DNA of 25,816 nucleotides from Minisyncoccota bacterium (GTDB lineage Bacteria; Patescibacteriota; Minisyncoccia; Phycocordibacterales; UBA2100): NCBI GenBank assembly GCA_036516595.1, contig DATECE010000090.1, positions 1 to 25,816 of the forward strand, read 5' to 3'. Shown piece by piece: positions 14,549 to 22,213 of this stretch (position 1 is its first letter; each line of letters starts with the position of its first letter). The notes under the pieces were generated by a model. It saw only the letters and a program-made list of their open reading frames with translations, ran no database searches and was not told where the DNA came from. The position numbers and the translations under genes were made by a program.

Positions 14549-15670
14549 ATGGGTTCAGAGCAGGGAAATTCAATGTGGAAACCGTGGGTCGTCGCGCTCG
14601 TCCTTTTGTGCGCTGCCGGAATCGGCTACGCAGTCTACAAGTCTTCATTCTTTAGTACGAAACCGACAGCCGCGCAGCTGCTCCAATCCATCCCCGAAGC
14701 AACTATGGCGGGAGATTATGAGCGCGTGCTCCGAGAGTACGAGGCAATACAACAGGCAACCGATGATAAAAATGCTCTCGCACTTGCGACGTGGCGAACG
14801 GGAGTCGCGAAATTCGAACTCTCACAAGAAACAGAGGACTTACTGCAGCACATACGGGAGTTGAAAGAGATTGTGCTCAATCCGGAAGTGAATGCACGCA
14901 CGCGAGGGCTCGTCCTCAGCTCGCTCGCGAGCTTGTACTGCGGCTCCGGCAGAACGCCGGAGGTATTCGGCATCCTCTACGACGGTCCGGTGTTCGGCCA
15001 GTATAAAGCTGAGAACGATCCGAACCTCTCGTCGCGCCATCTACACGAATGGGCCGACACGCTCTACCCAAATCCGAGAAACACAGTCCGCATAGCAAGG
15101 TGGTATGTCGAGGAGACAGTATGGGACAAGTCGATTTCGGATGAGAAGCGTGCAGAATACAAAGGTATCGCCGAAGAGTACCTGCAGCGGGCAGAAGGTG
15201 AAGCGCAGAAAGAAATAGAAAGAGCGCAGACGCGCAATGAGCTCGACGAATACCTTGCGGGAGAGCCGTACACCGCGTATCAATTTTGGCGCATGATGGA
15301 AATTGCCGGCCTCGGACTCGCATTCGGAGAGCCATACAAATCGGAGTACAGAAAAGAATTCGAAAATTTCTTCATCTTCGCGGAAAATCACAAAAATGAC
15401 GCGACGCTCAAGTACCAGCAGTATGCGCACATGTTTTACGCATACTTCCTTTTGAACATCGACGGCGAGGCGGACGCCGCCCGCGAGCAGCTCCTTATCG
15501 CGATGGAGCGAGCCAATCAAGAACCTCGCCCTGGGTCAAACCCGTTCCATCTTTTCATGCGTCACGAGTCCTCGAAGCCCGCATGGGACTTCACCTCGCA
15601 GGTCATGTACGACATGATGCAGCTTTCCCCGGAGTTCAAGGCATTCGTCGAAAGTCTGAGAGATGCTTGA
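14549..15670 (+). CDS. Single-pass membrane-anchored alpha-helical (TPR-like) hypothetical protein B, paralog of 7260-8477
   Basis: TM WVVALVLLCAAGIGYAVY. Starts 5 nt after the peptide-2 stop. Shares colinear motifs with protein A. Confidence 0.8.
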   Translation: MGSEQGNSMWKPWVVALVLLCAAGIGYAVYKSSFFSTKPTAAQLLQSIPEATMAGDYERVLREYEAIQQATDDKNALALATWRTGVAKFELSQETEDLLQHIRELKEIVLNPEVNARTRGLVLSSLASLYCGSGRTPEVFGILYDGPVFGQYKAENDPNLSSRHLHEWADTLYPNPRNTVRIARWYVEETVWDKSISDEKRAEYKGIAEEYLQRAEGEAQKEIERAQTRNELDEYLAGEPYTAYQFWRMMEIAGLGLAFGEPYKSEYRKEFENFFIFAENHKNDATLKYQQYAHMFYAYFLLNIDGEADAAREQLLIAMERANQEPRPGSNPFHLFMRHESSKPAWDFTSQVMYDMMQLSPEFKAFVESLRDA

Positions 15671-15673
15671 AGC

Positions 15674-16468
15674 ATGAGAATCGGAGCGTACAGCCTGCGG
15701 CAGGTCCTCGCAGTTGTCGCTGTGGGCGCATTTTTGTGTGCCATAGTTTTTCAAAATGCAATTACGCGCCTCTATCAAGACGCGCGTTTTGCCACGGATC
15801 CTTCCGCAGAACGAGCATCTCGTTATGCGGAAGAGGCATTCTCTGCTTTGAACAAAAATGCGTACGACGTAGAGCGCGCACAGTTCTACTACGAAAAAGT
15901 GTACGAGCTAGACCCCACCTACCCGCATGTGAATCACCAGCTCGCCCGCATCAAATTCCTGCAGGGCGACTTTCCGACGGCCTTGATGCACATCGATAGA
16001 GAAATAGAGCTCTATGGCGACGACACCCCAAATTCGTACTATGTCCGCGCGCTCATCAAGGGGTATGAGGGTGATTACGATGGCGCGGCAGACGATTATG
16101 CACACTTTCTCGAATTTCAGCCGGAGAATTGGGCGGCCGTTACCGATCGCTCGTGGGTATTGCTCAAAGCCGGTCGGGCGGCGGAAGCCGCGACACAGAT
16201 TGAGAGAGTGCTCGGCACCTTTCCCGACAACCCGTGGCTTCTCAACACGTACGCAACCGCGCTCTTCGAGACGGGCCGCGTCCAAGAAGCGCTGGTGGTG
16301 ATACGGAAAGCGCATGAGAGTGTGCAGAAGGTGACGGAGACGATGTGGCTCGTCGCGTATCCCGGCAACGATCCCGCCATAGCAGGGCAGGGGCTCGATG
16401 TCTTTCAATCTGCGGTTGAGAGCAATATGCACACGATAGAGCTTCGCGCGGCAGAAGGGGGCTTATAG
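15674..16468 (+). CDS. Tetratricopeptide repeat (TPR) protein with N-terminal membrane anchor/signal
   Basis: Repeats such as AQFYYEKVYELDPTYPHVNHQLARIKFLQGDF, YYVRALIKGYEGDYDGAADDYAHFLEFQP and WLLNTYATALFETGRVQEAL. Confidence 0.88.
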   Translation: MRIGAYSLRQVLAVVAVGAFLCAIVFQNAITRLYQDARFATDPSAERASRYAEEAFSALNKNAYDVERAQFYYEKVYELDPTYPHVNHQLARIKFLQGDFPTALMHIDREIELYGDDTPNSYYVRALIKGYEGDYDGAADDYAHFLEFQPENWAAVTDRSWVLLKAGRAAEAATQIERVLGTFPDNPWLLNTYATALFETGRVQEALVVIRKAHESVQKVTETMWLVAYPGNDPAIAGQGLDVFQSAVESNMHTIELRAAEGGL

Positions 16469-16476
16469 GATGTACA

Positions 16477-18516
16477 ATGAAACAGATGTATCGTCGCGCC
16501 CTGCCGCATGTGCGCACACGTATCGGCCTCGCCGCACTCCTCGTTTTTGCGGTGCTTGCTCTATGGGCGACTGACACTTCGCAGGACAGCGCCTTTCTTT
16601 CGTCTGAGGTGCACTTTGCTGATGCGTCACCCTCGGGCCTCTCCATCGTCCCTGCTTCGTGTCCATCAGATCCGCACCCGCTTACTCCCGGAGATTGCAC
16701 GTGCGCTCTCACCGCTTCCGACTCTGCAATCGTGCGGGGTCAGTCGACAACGCTCAGTTGGACAATAACCGACGCGCACGGTCAATTCATCGCCACCATC
16801 AGCCCAAGTATCGGGACCGTGCCGCAGAGCGGCTCGCGGTCTGTCGCCCCGACGCAAACCACCGTCTACACACTCACGAGCGGCAGCGGATTCTCCTGCG
16901 CGAAGACCGTCGAGGTACGACTGCCGCAATGCACTGGCGGTGGGTTCGCGAATGCGTCGCTATGTGCAAATGACGACCGCAATCTAGAGAGAGACACATC
17001 GACCGTACTCGTGAATGCATGCTCTGAGCGCAAATGCCAGTACCGCTGCGACGTGGGATACAAGAGGGACGGGGCAAGTGGGGGTGACCGGTGTGTCCGC
17101 GATCCGTCGCAGTTCACATGCACTGGCAATCTCCGTGAGAACGCACGCATGTGCAATAACGCCGGCACCAATCTCTCAAGCAACAAAGCCATCACGCTCG
17201 AGGAGAGCTGCACCGCGCCGAATTCCCAAAAATGCGAATCGGTGTGCGAGAGCGGCTTCGTGAAGCAGGGAAACTCCTGTGTGCCCGTGGACAACGATTG
17301 TTCAATCAACGCCGATGACGCGGTCGTCACGTACGGCGGTGCGACGCAACTGCGCTGGACCACCTCTCGCGACACGACCACGGTACGCATCTTGCCGACC
17401 GTCGGCTCCGTGCAATCACCGGGGTCGAAGCGCGTCGAAGGACTTTCTGCGACGACGGAGTTTACGCTTACGGTCCCCAATACACAGATATCTTGCGATG
17501 CGACCGTCCGCGTCTGCGCGCAAGGCGAGAGGATTGTGAATGGCCAGTGTAGAGCGACATGTCTGCCCCCATACATTGATAAGAACGGCGAGTGCATACG
17601 GCCCACCACGACGTACTGCGAGGCGGGTGATCTCGTCGAGCGGTATGACGACAACGGTCAGGAAGTATCCCGCGTTGTCGACCATCCGCAATGTAACAAC
17701 GTGAATGACACGTACACCTCCAAGTGCGAATCTGGCGACCTCGTGAAGCGCAACGACCGTACGGGCGTCGAAGTGAGCCGCATCGTAGATGCGCCCGCCT
17801 GCAACCGCGGTGGAGGCGGCGGAGGCAGCTGCCCCGATACGGACAAGTGCGAGGGGACGAGCATGGTGCGCCGATGTACACAAAACAACAACGAGATTTG
17901 GCGCATCGCAAATCACCCGTCGTGCATTGCATGCCCCGACAGGAACATCTGCGTCGGAAGCACGTACCGTCGTGAGAGCTGCACAGGGGAATTGCTTGAG
18001 ACGCGGGCCTGCGATAGTCGTTGTCCGGCGACAGCGACTGACCCTGCGTGCCGAAGCCAATGCCAGCCACCCCTATACCAATGTGTCGGCGAAAACAACC
18101 GCGATCTGCGCATCACGCGCTACGAAAGTCCAAGCTGCACGGCGCGCACAGAAACGTACCCCTGCGATTACGGATGCAATCCGGATACCCGTCAGTGCTA
18201 CACGGGTGCGCAGCCACCAAGCGTCTCTATCAGTGTCTCTCCATCGCTTGTGCGAAAGGGGCAGACGACGACCGTCAGCTGGCTCGCACGCAACGTTGCA
18301 TCCTGCACGGTGCGCGGTACCAACGACGATGGCGCAGGAGTGAATGCGACAGGTCTCTGGAACTTCACTGCGAGTGCCGGCGTGCTCGAGAGTTCGCGCG
18401 TATCGAGCGCGATACAGACGCGCACCACATACACGCTCTGGTGCATCGCGCAGAACGGCACACGCCCTGAGACCACGGAGACAGTCAACGTGATACCTGA
18501 TTTCGTGGAGGAGTAA
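16477..18516 (+). CDS. Large Cys-rich secreted/surface protein with three Ig-like beta domains and two kinds of Cys repeats
   Basis: N-terminal TM/signal and 44 Cys counted. Ig-like segments GQSTTLSWT, GGATQLRWT and GQTTTVSWL. Internal repeats are visible in the translation. Confidence 0.85.
   Translation: MKQMYRRALPHVRTRIGLAALLVFAVLALWATDTSQDSAFLSSEVHFADASPSGLSIVPASCPSDPHPLTPGDCTCALTASDSAIVRGQSTTLSWTITDAHGQFIATISPSIGTVPQSGSRSVAPTQTTVYTLTSGSGFSCAKTVEVRLPQCTGGGFANASLCANDDRNLERDTSTVLVNACSERKCQYRCDVGYKRDGASGGDRCVRDPSQFTCTGNLRENARMCNNAGTNLSSNKAITLEESCTAPNSQKCESVCESGFVKQGNSCVPVDNDCSINADDAVVTYGGATQLRWTTSRDTTTVRILPTVGSVQSPGSKRVEGLSATTEFTLTVPNTQISCDATVRVCAQGERIVNGQCRATCLPPYIDKNGECIRPTTTYCEAGDLVERYDDNGQEVSRVVDHPQCNNVNDTYTSKCESGDLVKRNDRTGVEVSRIVDAPACNRGGGGGGSCPDTDKCEGTSMVRRCTQNNNEIWRIANHPSCIACPDRNICVGSTYRRESCTGELLETRACDSRCPATATDPACRSQCQPPLYQCVGENNRDLRITRYESPSCTARTETYPCDYGCNPDTRQCYTGAQPPSVSISVSPSLVRKGQTTTVSWLARNVASCTVRGTNDDGAGVNATGLWNFTASAGVLESSRVSSAIQTRTTYTLWCIAQNGTRPETTETVNVIPDFVEE
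17617..17925 (+). repeat. Three 26-aa Cys-bounded repeats inside the surface protein
   Basis: CEAGDLVERYDDNGQEVSRVVDHPQC (17617-17694), CESGDLVKRNDRTGVEVSRIVDAPAC (17725-17802) and CEGTSMVRRCTQNNNEIWRIANHPSC (17848-17925). Confidence 0.75.
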
Positions 18517-18519
18517 GGT

Positions 18520-18888
18520 ATGGTGACACGACGTACATCTTCTCTCTGCCTGCTCGCGCTTGTGACACTCATGCTCTTTGCGTCGCACACGGCACACGCA
18601 GAGACTGACGGATTGCGCGAAGCGGTGCGCGCGGAACTCCTCAAAGACCCGCGTGCATCGGGGATAGCCCCCGCAGATTTTGAAGCGCTGGTGGATGCGC
18701 TCACAGGTGAGGCTGCTGCGCAGAATTGGACGGCAGCCGACCTCTCGTTTGCGGAACAGCCAGCGCCTGAAAACGTTTCCGAGCCGCAGGCAGAAACGTC
18801 TCCCACATGGACGACTATCCTCCTCCTCGCGCTCGCAGCCGCGGCATCACTTGGCGCGCTCCTCTTTGCTCGCAAGCTGAAATTCTAG
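18520..18888 (+). CDS. Small exported protein with signal peptide and C-terminal TM anchor
   Basis: Signal peptide ending TAHA-E and C-terminal WTTILLLALAAAASLGALLFARKLKF. Starts 3 nt after the upstream stop. Confidence 0.75.
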   Translation: MVTRRTSSLCLLALVTLMLFASHTAHAETDGLREAVRAELLKDPRASGIAPADFEALVDALTGEAAAQNWTAADLSFAEQPAPENVSEPQAETSPTWTTILLLALAAAASLGALLFARKLKF

Positions 18889-18902
18889 ACAAAGCTCCTC
18901 GT

Positions 18903-18930
18903 TTGCATTTTGCAGATTCTTCCGTATACT
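18903..18930 (+). promoter_or_regulatory. Promoter of the rplC transcription unit
   Basis: TTGCAT (18903-18908), 16 bp, TATACT (18925-18930). Confidence 0.6.
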
Positions 18931-18943
18931 GCCCCCACGCCAC

Positions 18944-19003
18944 GTCCCCAGATGGGACCACTGGGGTGAGCAGAAATGCCCGCTTCAGCGGGCGCATTTT
19001 TTT
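18944..19003 (+). promoter_or_regulatory. Structured rplC 5' leader with terminator-like hairpin (candidate attenuator)
   Basis: ccccag/ctgggg stem (18946-18966) overlaps an alternative gtccc/gggac pairing. gcccgct-tc-agcgggc (18978-18993) is followed by a 7-T run ending 5 nt before the ATG. Confidence 0.5.
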
Positions 19004-19008
19004 AAACT

Positions 19009-19653
19009 ATGAAATTCTTTCTGGGAACAAAAGGCCGCATGACGCAGGTCTTCGACGAGAGCGGTGTCGCGCATCCGGCGACGCTTGTAAGCGCAGCGCC
19101 CATGACCGTGACACAGGTCAAGTCGACCGAGGTGGACGGCTACAGCGCTGTCCAAGTTGGCGCGGGAGAGCGCAAGGAAAAAAACCTCAGCAAGCCAGTC
19201 CTTGGACACTTGTCCGCCGGAGGCGGATCCTCCTTTGGAGGAAAGGGCAAACCGTATCCTCGTTATCTACGCGAATACGCACCTGATAGCGCGCTCGAAA
19301 AAGGTGCAAGTATTGATATCTCGATTTTTGCGGCGGGGGACATCGTCGAAGTTGCGGCCATCTCGAAAGGCAAGGGTTTTCAGGGTGTGGTGAAGCGTCA
19401 TGGTTTTAGCGGTGGACCGCGCAGCCACGGTCAGAAGAACAAAGAGCGCGCGCCGGGTTCGATAGGCGGCGGCGGACGCGCAGGCGGACGTGTCATCAAA
19501 GGAATGCGCATGGCGGGACGCATGGGCGGGGACAGGGTAACGGTGAGAAACCTGCGCATTTTGCAGGTCGATACTGAGACCAACACCCTCGTGATTTCCG
19601 GCGCCATTCCGGGGCGGCCGGGGACGCTTGTCGAGGTACACGGGACAAAATAA
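19009..19653 (+). CDS. rplC: 50S ribosomal protein L3
   Basis: MKFFLGTKGRMTQVF, DGYSAVQVG, SKGKGFQGVVKRHGF, MAGRMGGDRVTVRNL, GAIPGRPG. Confidence 0.99.
   Translation: MKFFLGTKGRMTQVFDESGVAHPATLVSAAPMTVTQVKSTEVDGYSAVQVGAGERKEKNLSKPVLGHLSAGGGSSFGGKGKPYPRYLREYAPDSALEKGASIDISIFAAGDIVEVAAISKGKGFQGVVKRHGFSGGPRSHGQKNKERAPGSIGGGGRAGGRVIKGMRMAGRMGGDRVTVRNLRILQVDTETNTLVISGAIPGRPGTLVEVHGTK
19213..19242. repeat. 30-bp double-hairpin element, in-frame copy in rplC (SAGGGSSFGG)
   Basis: TCCGCCGGAGGCGGATCCTCCTTTGGAGGA. The second hairpin carries a compensatory TCCTCC/GGAGGA pair. Confidence 0.85.
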
Positions 19654-19683
19654 TCTACATTGCACCTGATTCAATTTGAAAGT

Positions 19684-20412
19684 ATGAAAACAGATATCTA
19701 CGACATACAGGGGAAGAAAGCGGGGCAGATTGAACTGCCCGAGAACATTTTCGGCGTGAAATGGAACAACGCGCTCATGCATCAGGTCGTCACCTCGATG
19801 CAAAGCAACGCACGCACACCGGTGGCGCACACAAAAAATCGCGGCGAGGTACGCGGCGGCGGTATCAAACCGTGGCGTCAGAAGGGAACTGGTCGCGCTC
19901 GCCACGGCTCCATCCGCTCTCCGATTTGGATAGGCGGCGGTGTAACCCATGGCCCGCGGAAAGAAAAGAATTACGCACGCGCCATCCCGAAGAACATGCG
20001 GATGAAAGCACTGTGCATGGCACTCTCGCGCAAACTCGCGGACGGCCAAGTGCTCTTCGTCGACTCCTTTGCCTTTAGCGCCCCGAAGACGTCCGATGCA
20101 AAAAAGGCACTCTCCGCGTTCAGCGGCATCAAAGGGTTCGAGAAGCTCTCGGCGAAGCAGAACGCAGCATTCATCGCGACGCCGGACTCGCGCGATGCGC
20201 TCGTGAAGAGCTTCCGCAACATCACCTCTGTCGGTGTCGGTAAAATCGTTGACCTCAATCCCGTCTCCGTACTCAAATACAAATTCCTCATTATCGAAAA
20301 TCCGGAAGCGTCGGTCGCCACGGTCGCGAAGCGCGCCGCGCGCAAGACGACAAAGAAGGCCGCAAAGTCCGCCGAAGGCGGATCCGCCTTCGGCGGAAAA
20401 ATCGCTCAATAA
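19684..20412 (+). CDS. rplD: 50S ribosomal protein L4
   Basis: HTKNRGEVRGGGIKPWRQKGTGRARHGSIRSPIWIGGGVTHGP. ATG at 19684 chosen as start. Confidence 0.99.
   Translation: MKTDIYDIQGKKAGQIELPENIFGVKWNNALMHQVVTSMQSNARTPVAHTKNRGEVRGGGIKPWRQKGTGRARHGSIRSPIWIGGGVTHGPRKEKNYARAIPKNMRMKALCMALSRKLADGQVLFVDSFAFSAPKTSDAKKALSAFSGIKGFEKLSAKQNAAFIATPDSRDALVKSFRNITSVGVGKIVDLNPVSVLKYKFLIIENPEASVATVAKRAARKTTKKAAKSAEGGSAFGGKIAQ
20368..20397. repeat. 30-bp perfect palindrome, in-frame copy in the rplD tail (SAEGGSAFGG)
   Basis: TCCGCCGAAGGCGGATCCGCCTTCGGCGGA equals its own reverse complement and consists of two 6-bp-stem triloop hairpins. Confidence 0.9.
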
Positions 20413-20418
20413 ACGTAT

Positions 20419-20802
20419 ATGGCACTCTTCGGTTCAAAAACAAAAAAGTCCGCCGCAGGCGCACCCTTTCTCGGAGGAAAAAAGGAGGCAGCTTCGGCAG
20501 GGGTAGGACATATCTCTTCGCGCTCGCTCGCGAACGTACTTCTGCACGCTCGCATTACAGAAAAAGCGACGGATCTTGCTGGCGCATCCGTCTACACCTT
20601 CGATGTGGCGCCTTCTGCCACAAAGCGCGACATCAGGCAGGCAGTACAGGCGCTCTACAGCGTCTCGCCGCGCGCCATCCGAATAGTCACGGTACCGCGC
20701 AAGAGCGTCTACAATCGCCGCTCAGGTCGCATTGGTTTCAAGAGCGGTGGCAAGAAAGCATACGTTTACCTCAAGAAAGGGGAGACCATAACTATCACAT
20801 AA
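20419..20802 (+). CDS. rplW: 50S ribosomal protein L23, with N-terminal extension
   Basis: ARITEKA, YTFDVAPSATKRDIRQAVQALYSV, GFKSGGKKAYVYLKKGETI. Position between rplD and rplB. Confidence 0.96.
   Translation: MALFGSKTKKSAAGAPFLGGKKEAASAGVGHISSRSLANVLLHARITEKATDLAGASVYTFDVAPSATKRDIRQAVQALYSVSPRAIRIVTVPRKSVYNRRSGRIGFKSGGKKAYVYLKKGETITIT
20449..20478. repeat. Degenerate in-frame copy of the 30-bp element in the rplW N-terminus (SAAGAPFLGG)
   Basis: TCCGCCGCAGGCGCACCCTTTCTCGGAGGA. 22/30 identity to the rplD copy, with the same length, frame and K...GGK context. Confidence 0.6.
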
Positions 20803-20835
20803 ATTGTTATGAACGGAGTGAATTACAATTTTGTG

Positions 20836-20888
20836 ACCCTGTTAAATCCCGCCATCGGCGGGAGCGGCGAAGCCGCATTTAACAGGGT
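20836..20888. repeat. Intergenic branched palindromic (REP-like) element
   Basis: Outer 12-bp inverted repeat accctgttaaat/atttaacagggt encloses two triloop hairpins, cccgcc-atc-ggcggg and gcggc-gaa-gccgc. Confidence 0.75.
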
Positions 20889-20933
20889 GGAAGTTATTTC
20901 TAAATTCGCTTTGCTCATTAAGAAAAACTAACC

Positions 20934-21776
20934 ATGAAACATCTAAAACCAACTTCGCCGGGGGTGCGTGGGATGACGCGCATCGAGTACAAGAAGCTTC
21001 TCTCGGGGGAGAGGCCTACCAAGGCGCTCACGCACGGAGCGAATTCGACGGGGGGCAGGAATGCCCACGGGCGAACGACAGTGCGTTTTCGTGGCGGCGG
21101 ACATAAGCGGCGTTTCCGCGATGTCGATTTTTCTTTCAACAAGAAGAATATCTCCGCGCGCGTCGCCTCAATCGAATACGATCCGTTCCGCTCGGCGTTC
21201 ATCGGTCTTGCGGTATACCAAGACGGCGAAAAACGCTACGTCGTGCTCCCGCAGAAAGTACAAGTCGGAGACACCTTTATCGTCTCGGAGAACGCGCCGA
21301 TAAAAGCCGCGAACCGTCTCCAGCTCGGCAACATCCCTGTCGGCACCTTCGTCTATAGCGTCGAGCTCAAGCCGGGTGCAGGCGGAGTGCTCGCGCGCTC
21401 CGCTGGCAATTATGCCGAAGTCATCGCGCAGGATAGCGGCTACACGCACGTGAAGCTGCCCTCGACGGAAGTGCGTAAAATCATCAGTACTGCATGGGCA
21501 TCAGTCGGCGAAGCTTCGAACGAAGAACACCGTCTCGTCAATATCGGCAAGGCGGGCAGAAGCCGTTGGATGGGCCGCAGACCGAAAGTGCGCGGCACCG
21601 CGATGAACCCTGTCGACCACCCGCACGGCGGCGGTGAAGGTCGCCAAGGCCGCGGACACCGGCGCCAGCGCACCATCTGGGGTAAACCGGCAGGCAAGGG
21701 TCAGAAGACAAGGCGCCCCAAAAAATACAGCAACGTTTTCATTGTCAGCAGACGTAAAGTTGGAAAACGTAAATAA
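20934..21776 (+). CDS. rplB: 50S ribosomal protein L2
   Basis: GGRNAHGRTTVRFRGGGHKR, IEYDPFRSAFI, KVRGTAMNPVDHPHGGGEGR. Confidence 0.99.
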   Translation: MKHLKPTSPGVRGMTRIEYKKLLSGERPTKALTHGANSTGGRNAHGRTTVRFRGGGHKRRFRDVDFSFNKKNISARVASIEYDPFRSAFIGLAVYQDGEKRYVVLPQKVQVGDTFIVSENAPIKAANRLQLGNIPVGTFVYSVELKPGAGGVLARSAGNYAEVIAQDSGYTHVKLPSTEVRKIISTAWASVGEASNEEHRLVNIGKAGRSRWMGRRPKVRGTAMNPVDHPHGGGEGRQGRGHRRQRTIWGKPAGKGQKTRRPKKYSNVFIVSRRKVGKRK

Positions 21777-21797
21777 AAAATGACAGCGTAAAAGTCG

Positions 21798-21829
21798 AAG
21801 AGTCCGCGCAAGCGGACTCTTTACGTTTT
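21798..21829. terminator. Bidirectional terminator between rplB and a convergent small gene
   Basis: aagagtccgc, GCAA loop, gcggactctt (21798-21821), then tacgtttt. The minus strand is followed by cgactttt. Confidence 0.7.
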
Positions 21830-22060
21830 GAGCAGATACTTTCCGAGGGTGAACCGGCGTTGCCGTGAATACGCACGCACGGTGTCGTCGTCGAGCGCGA
21901 CGCTCGCGCCGAGCTGCTTTTCCCAGCCTGCCCCGTTCATGCGCACGCTCGCTCCGCGGTAGCCGAGCTTGCCACCGGTCACCACGTACTGAGTGCCGTA
22001 GATATCGAACACCCTATCTTCAGGCTCCAGCGGAGCCCATGCTTGAGCGTCGTCGCTCAT
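21821..22060 (-). CDS. Small hypothetical protein (79 aa) inserted antisense within the S10 cluster
   Basis: MSDDAQAWAPLEPEDRVFDIYGTQYVVTGGKLGYRGASVRMNGAGWEK... with GGAGG just upstream of the ATG. The stop abuts the hairpin. Confidence 0.6.
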   Translation of the reverse strand: MSDDAQAWAPLEPEDRVFDIYGTQYVVTGGKLGYRGASVRMNGAGWEKQLGASVALDDDTVRAYSRQRRFTLGKYLLKT

Positions 22061-22184
22061 GATGTCCTCCGTTTCCCGCAAATTGCTGGCGAAACCTTAG
22101 CACGTTTCTCCATCCGGCGCAGGTCGAGATTACGCCACAGATACTGAACCTCGCAACACGAGGTCGATTTTTGCCTGAAATCAT

Positions 22185-22213
22185 TTGACTTTAGAGGCTG
22201 CTTCCGCTACATT
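22185..22213 (+). promoter_or_regulatory. Internal promoter for rpsS and downstream genes
   Basis: TTGACT (22185-22190), 17 bp, TACATT (22208-22213). Confidence 0.7.

Noticed and set aside
19267-20409. 380-aa minus-strand ORF starting MSDFSAEGGSAFGG
   Set aside because: Shadow of rplC/rplD. The repeated peptide arises only because the 30-bp element is palindromic.
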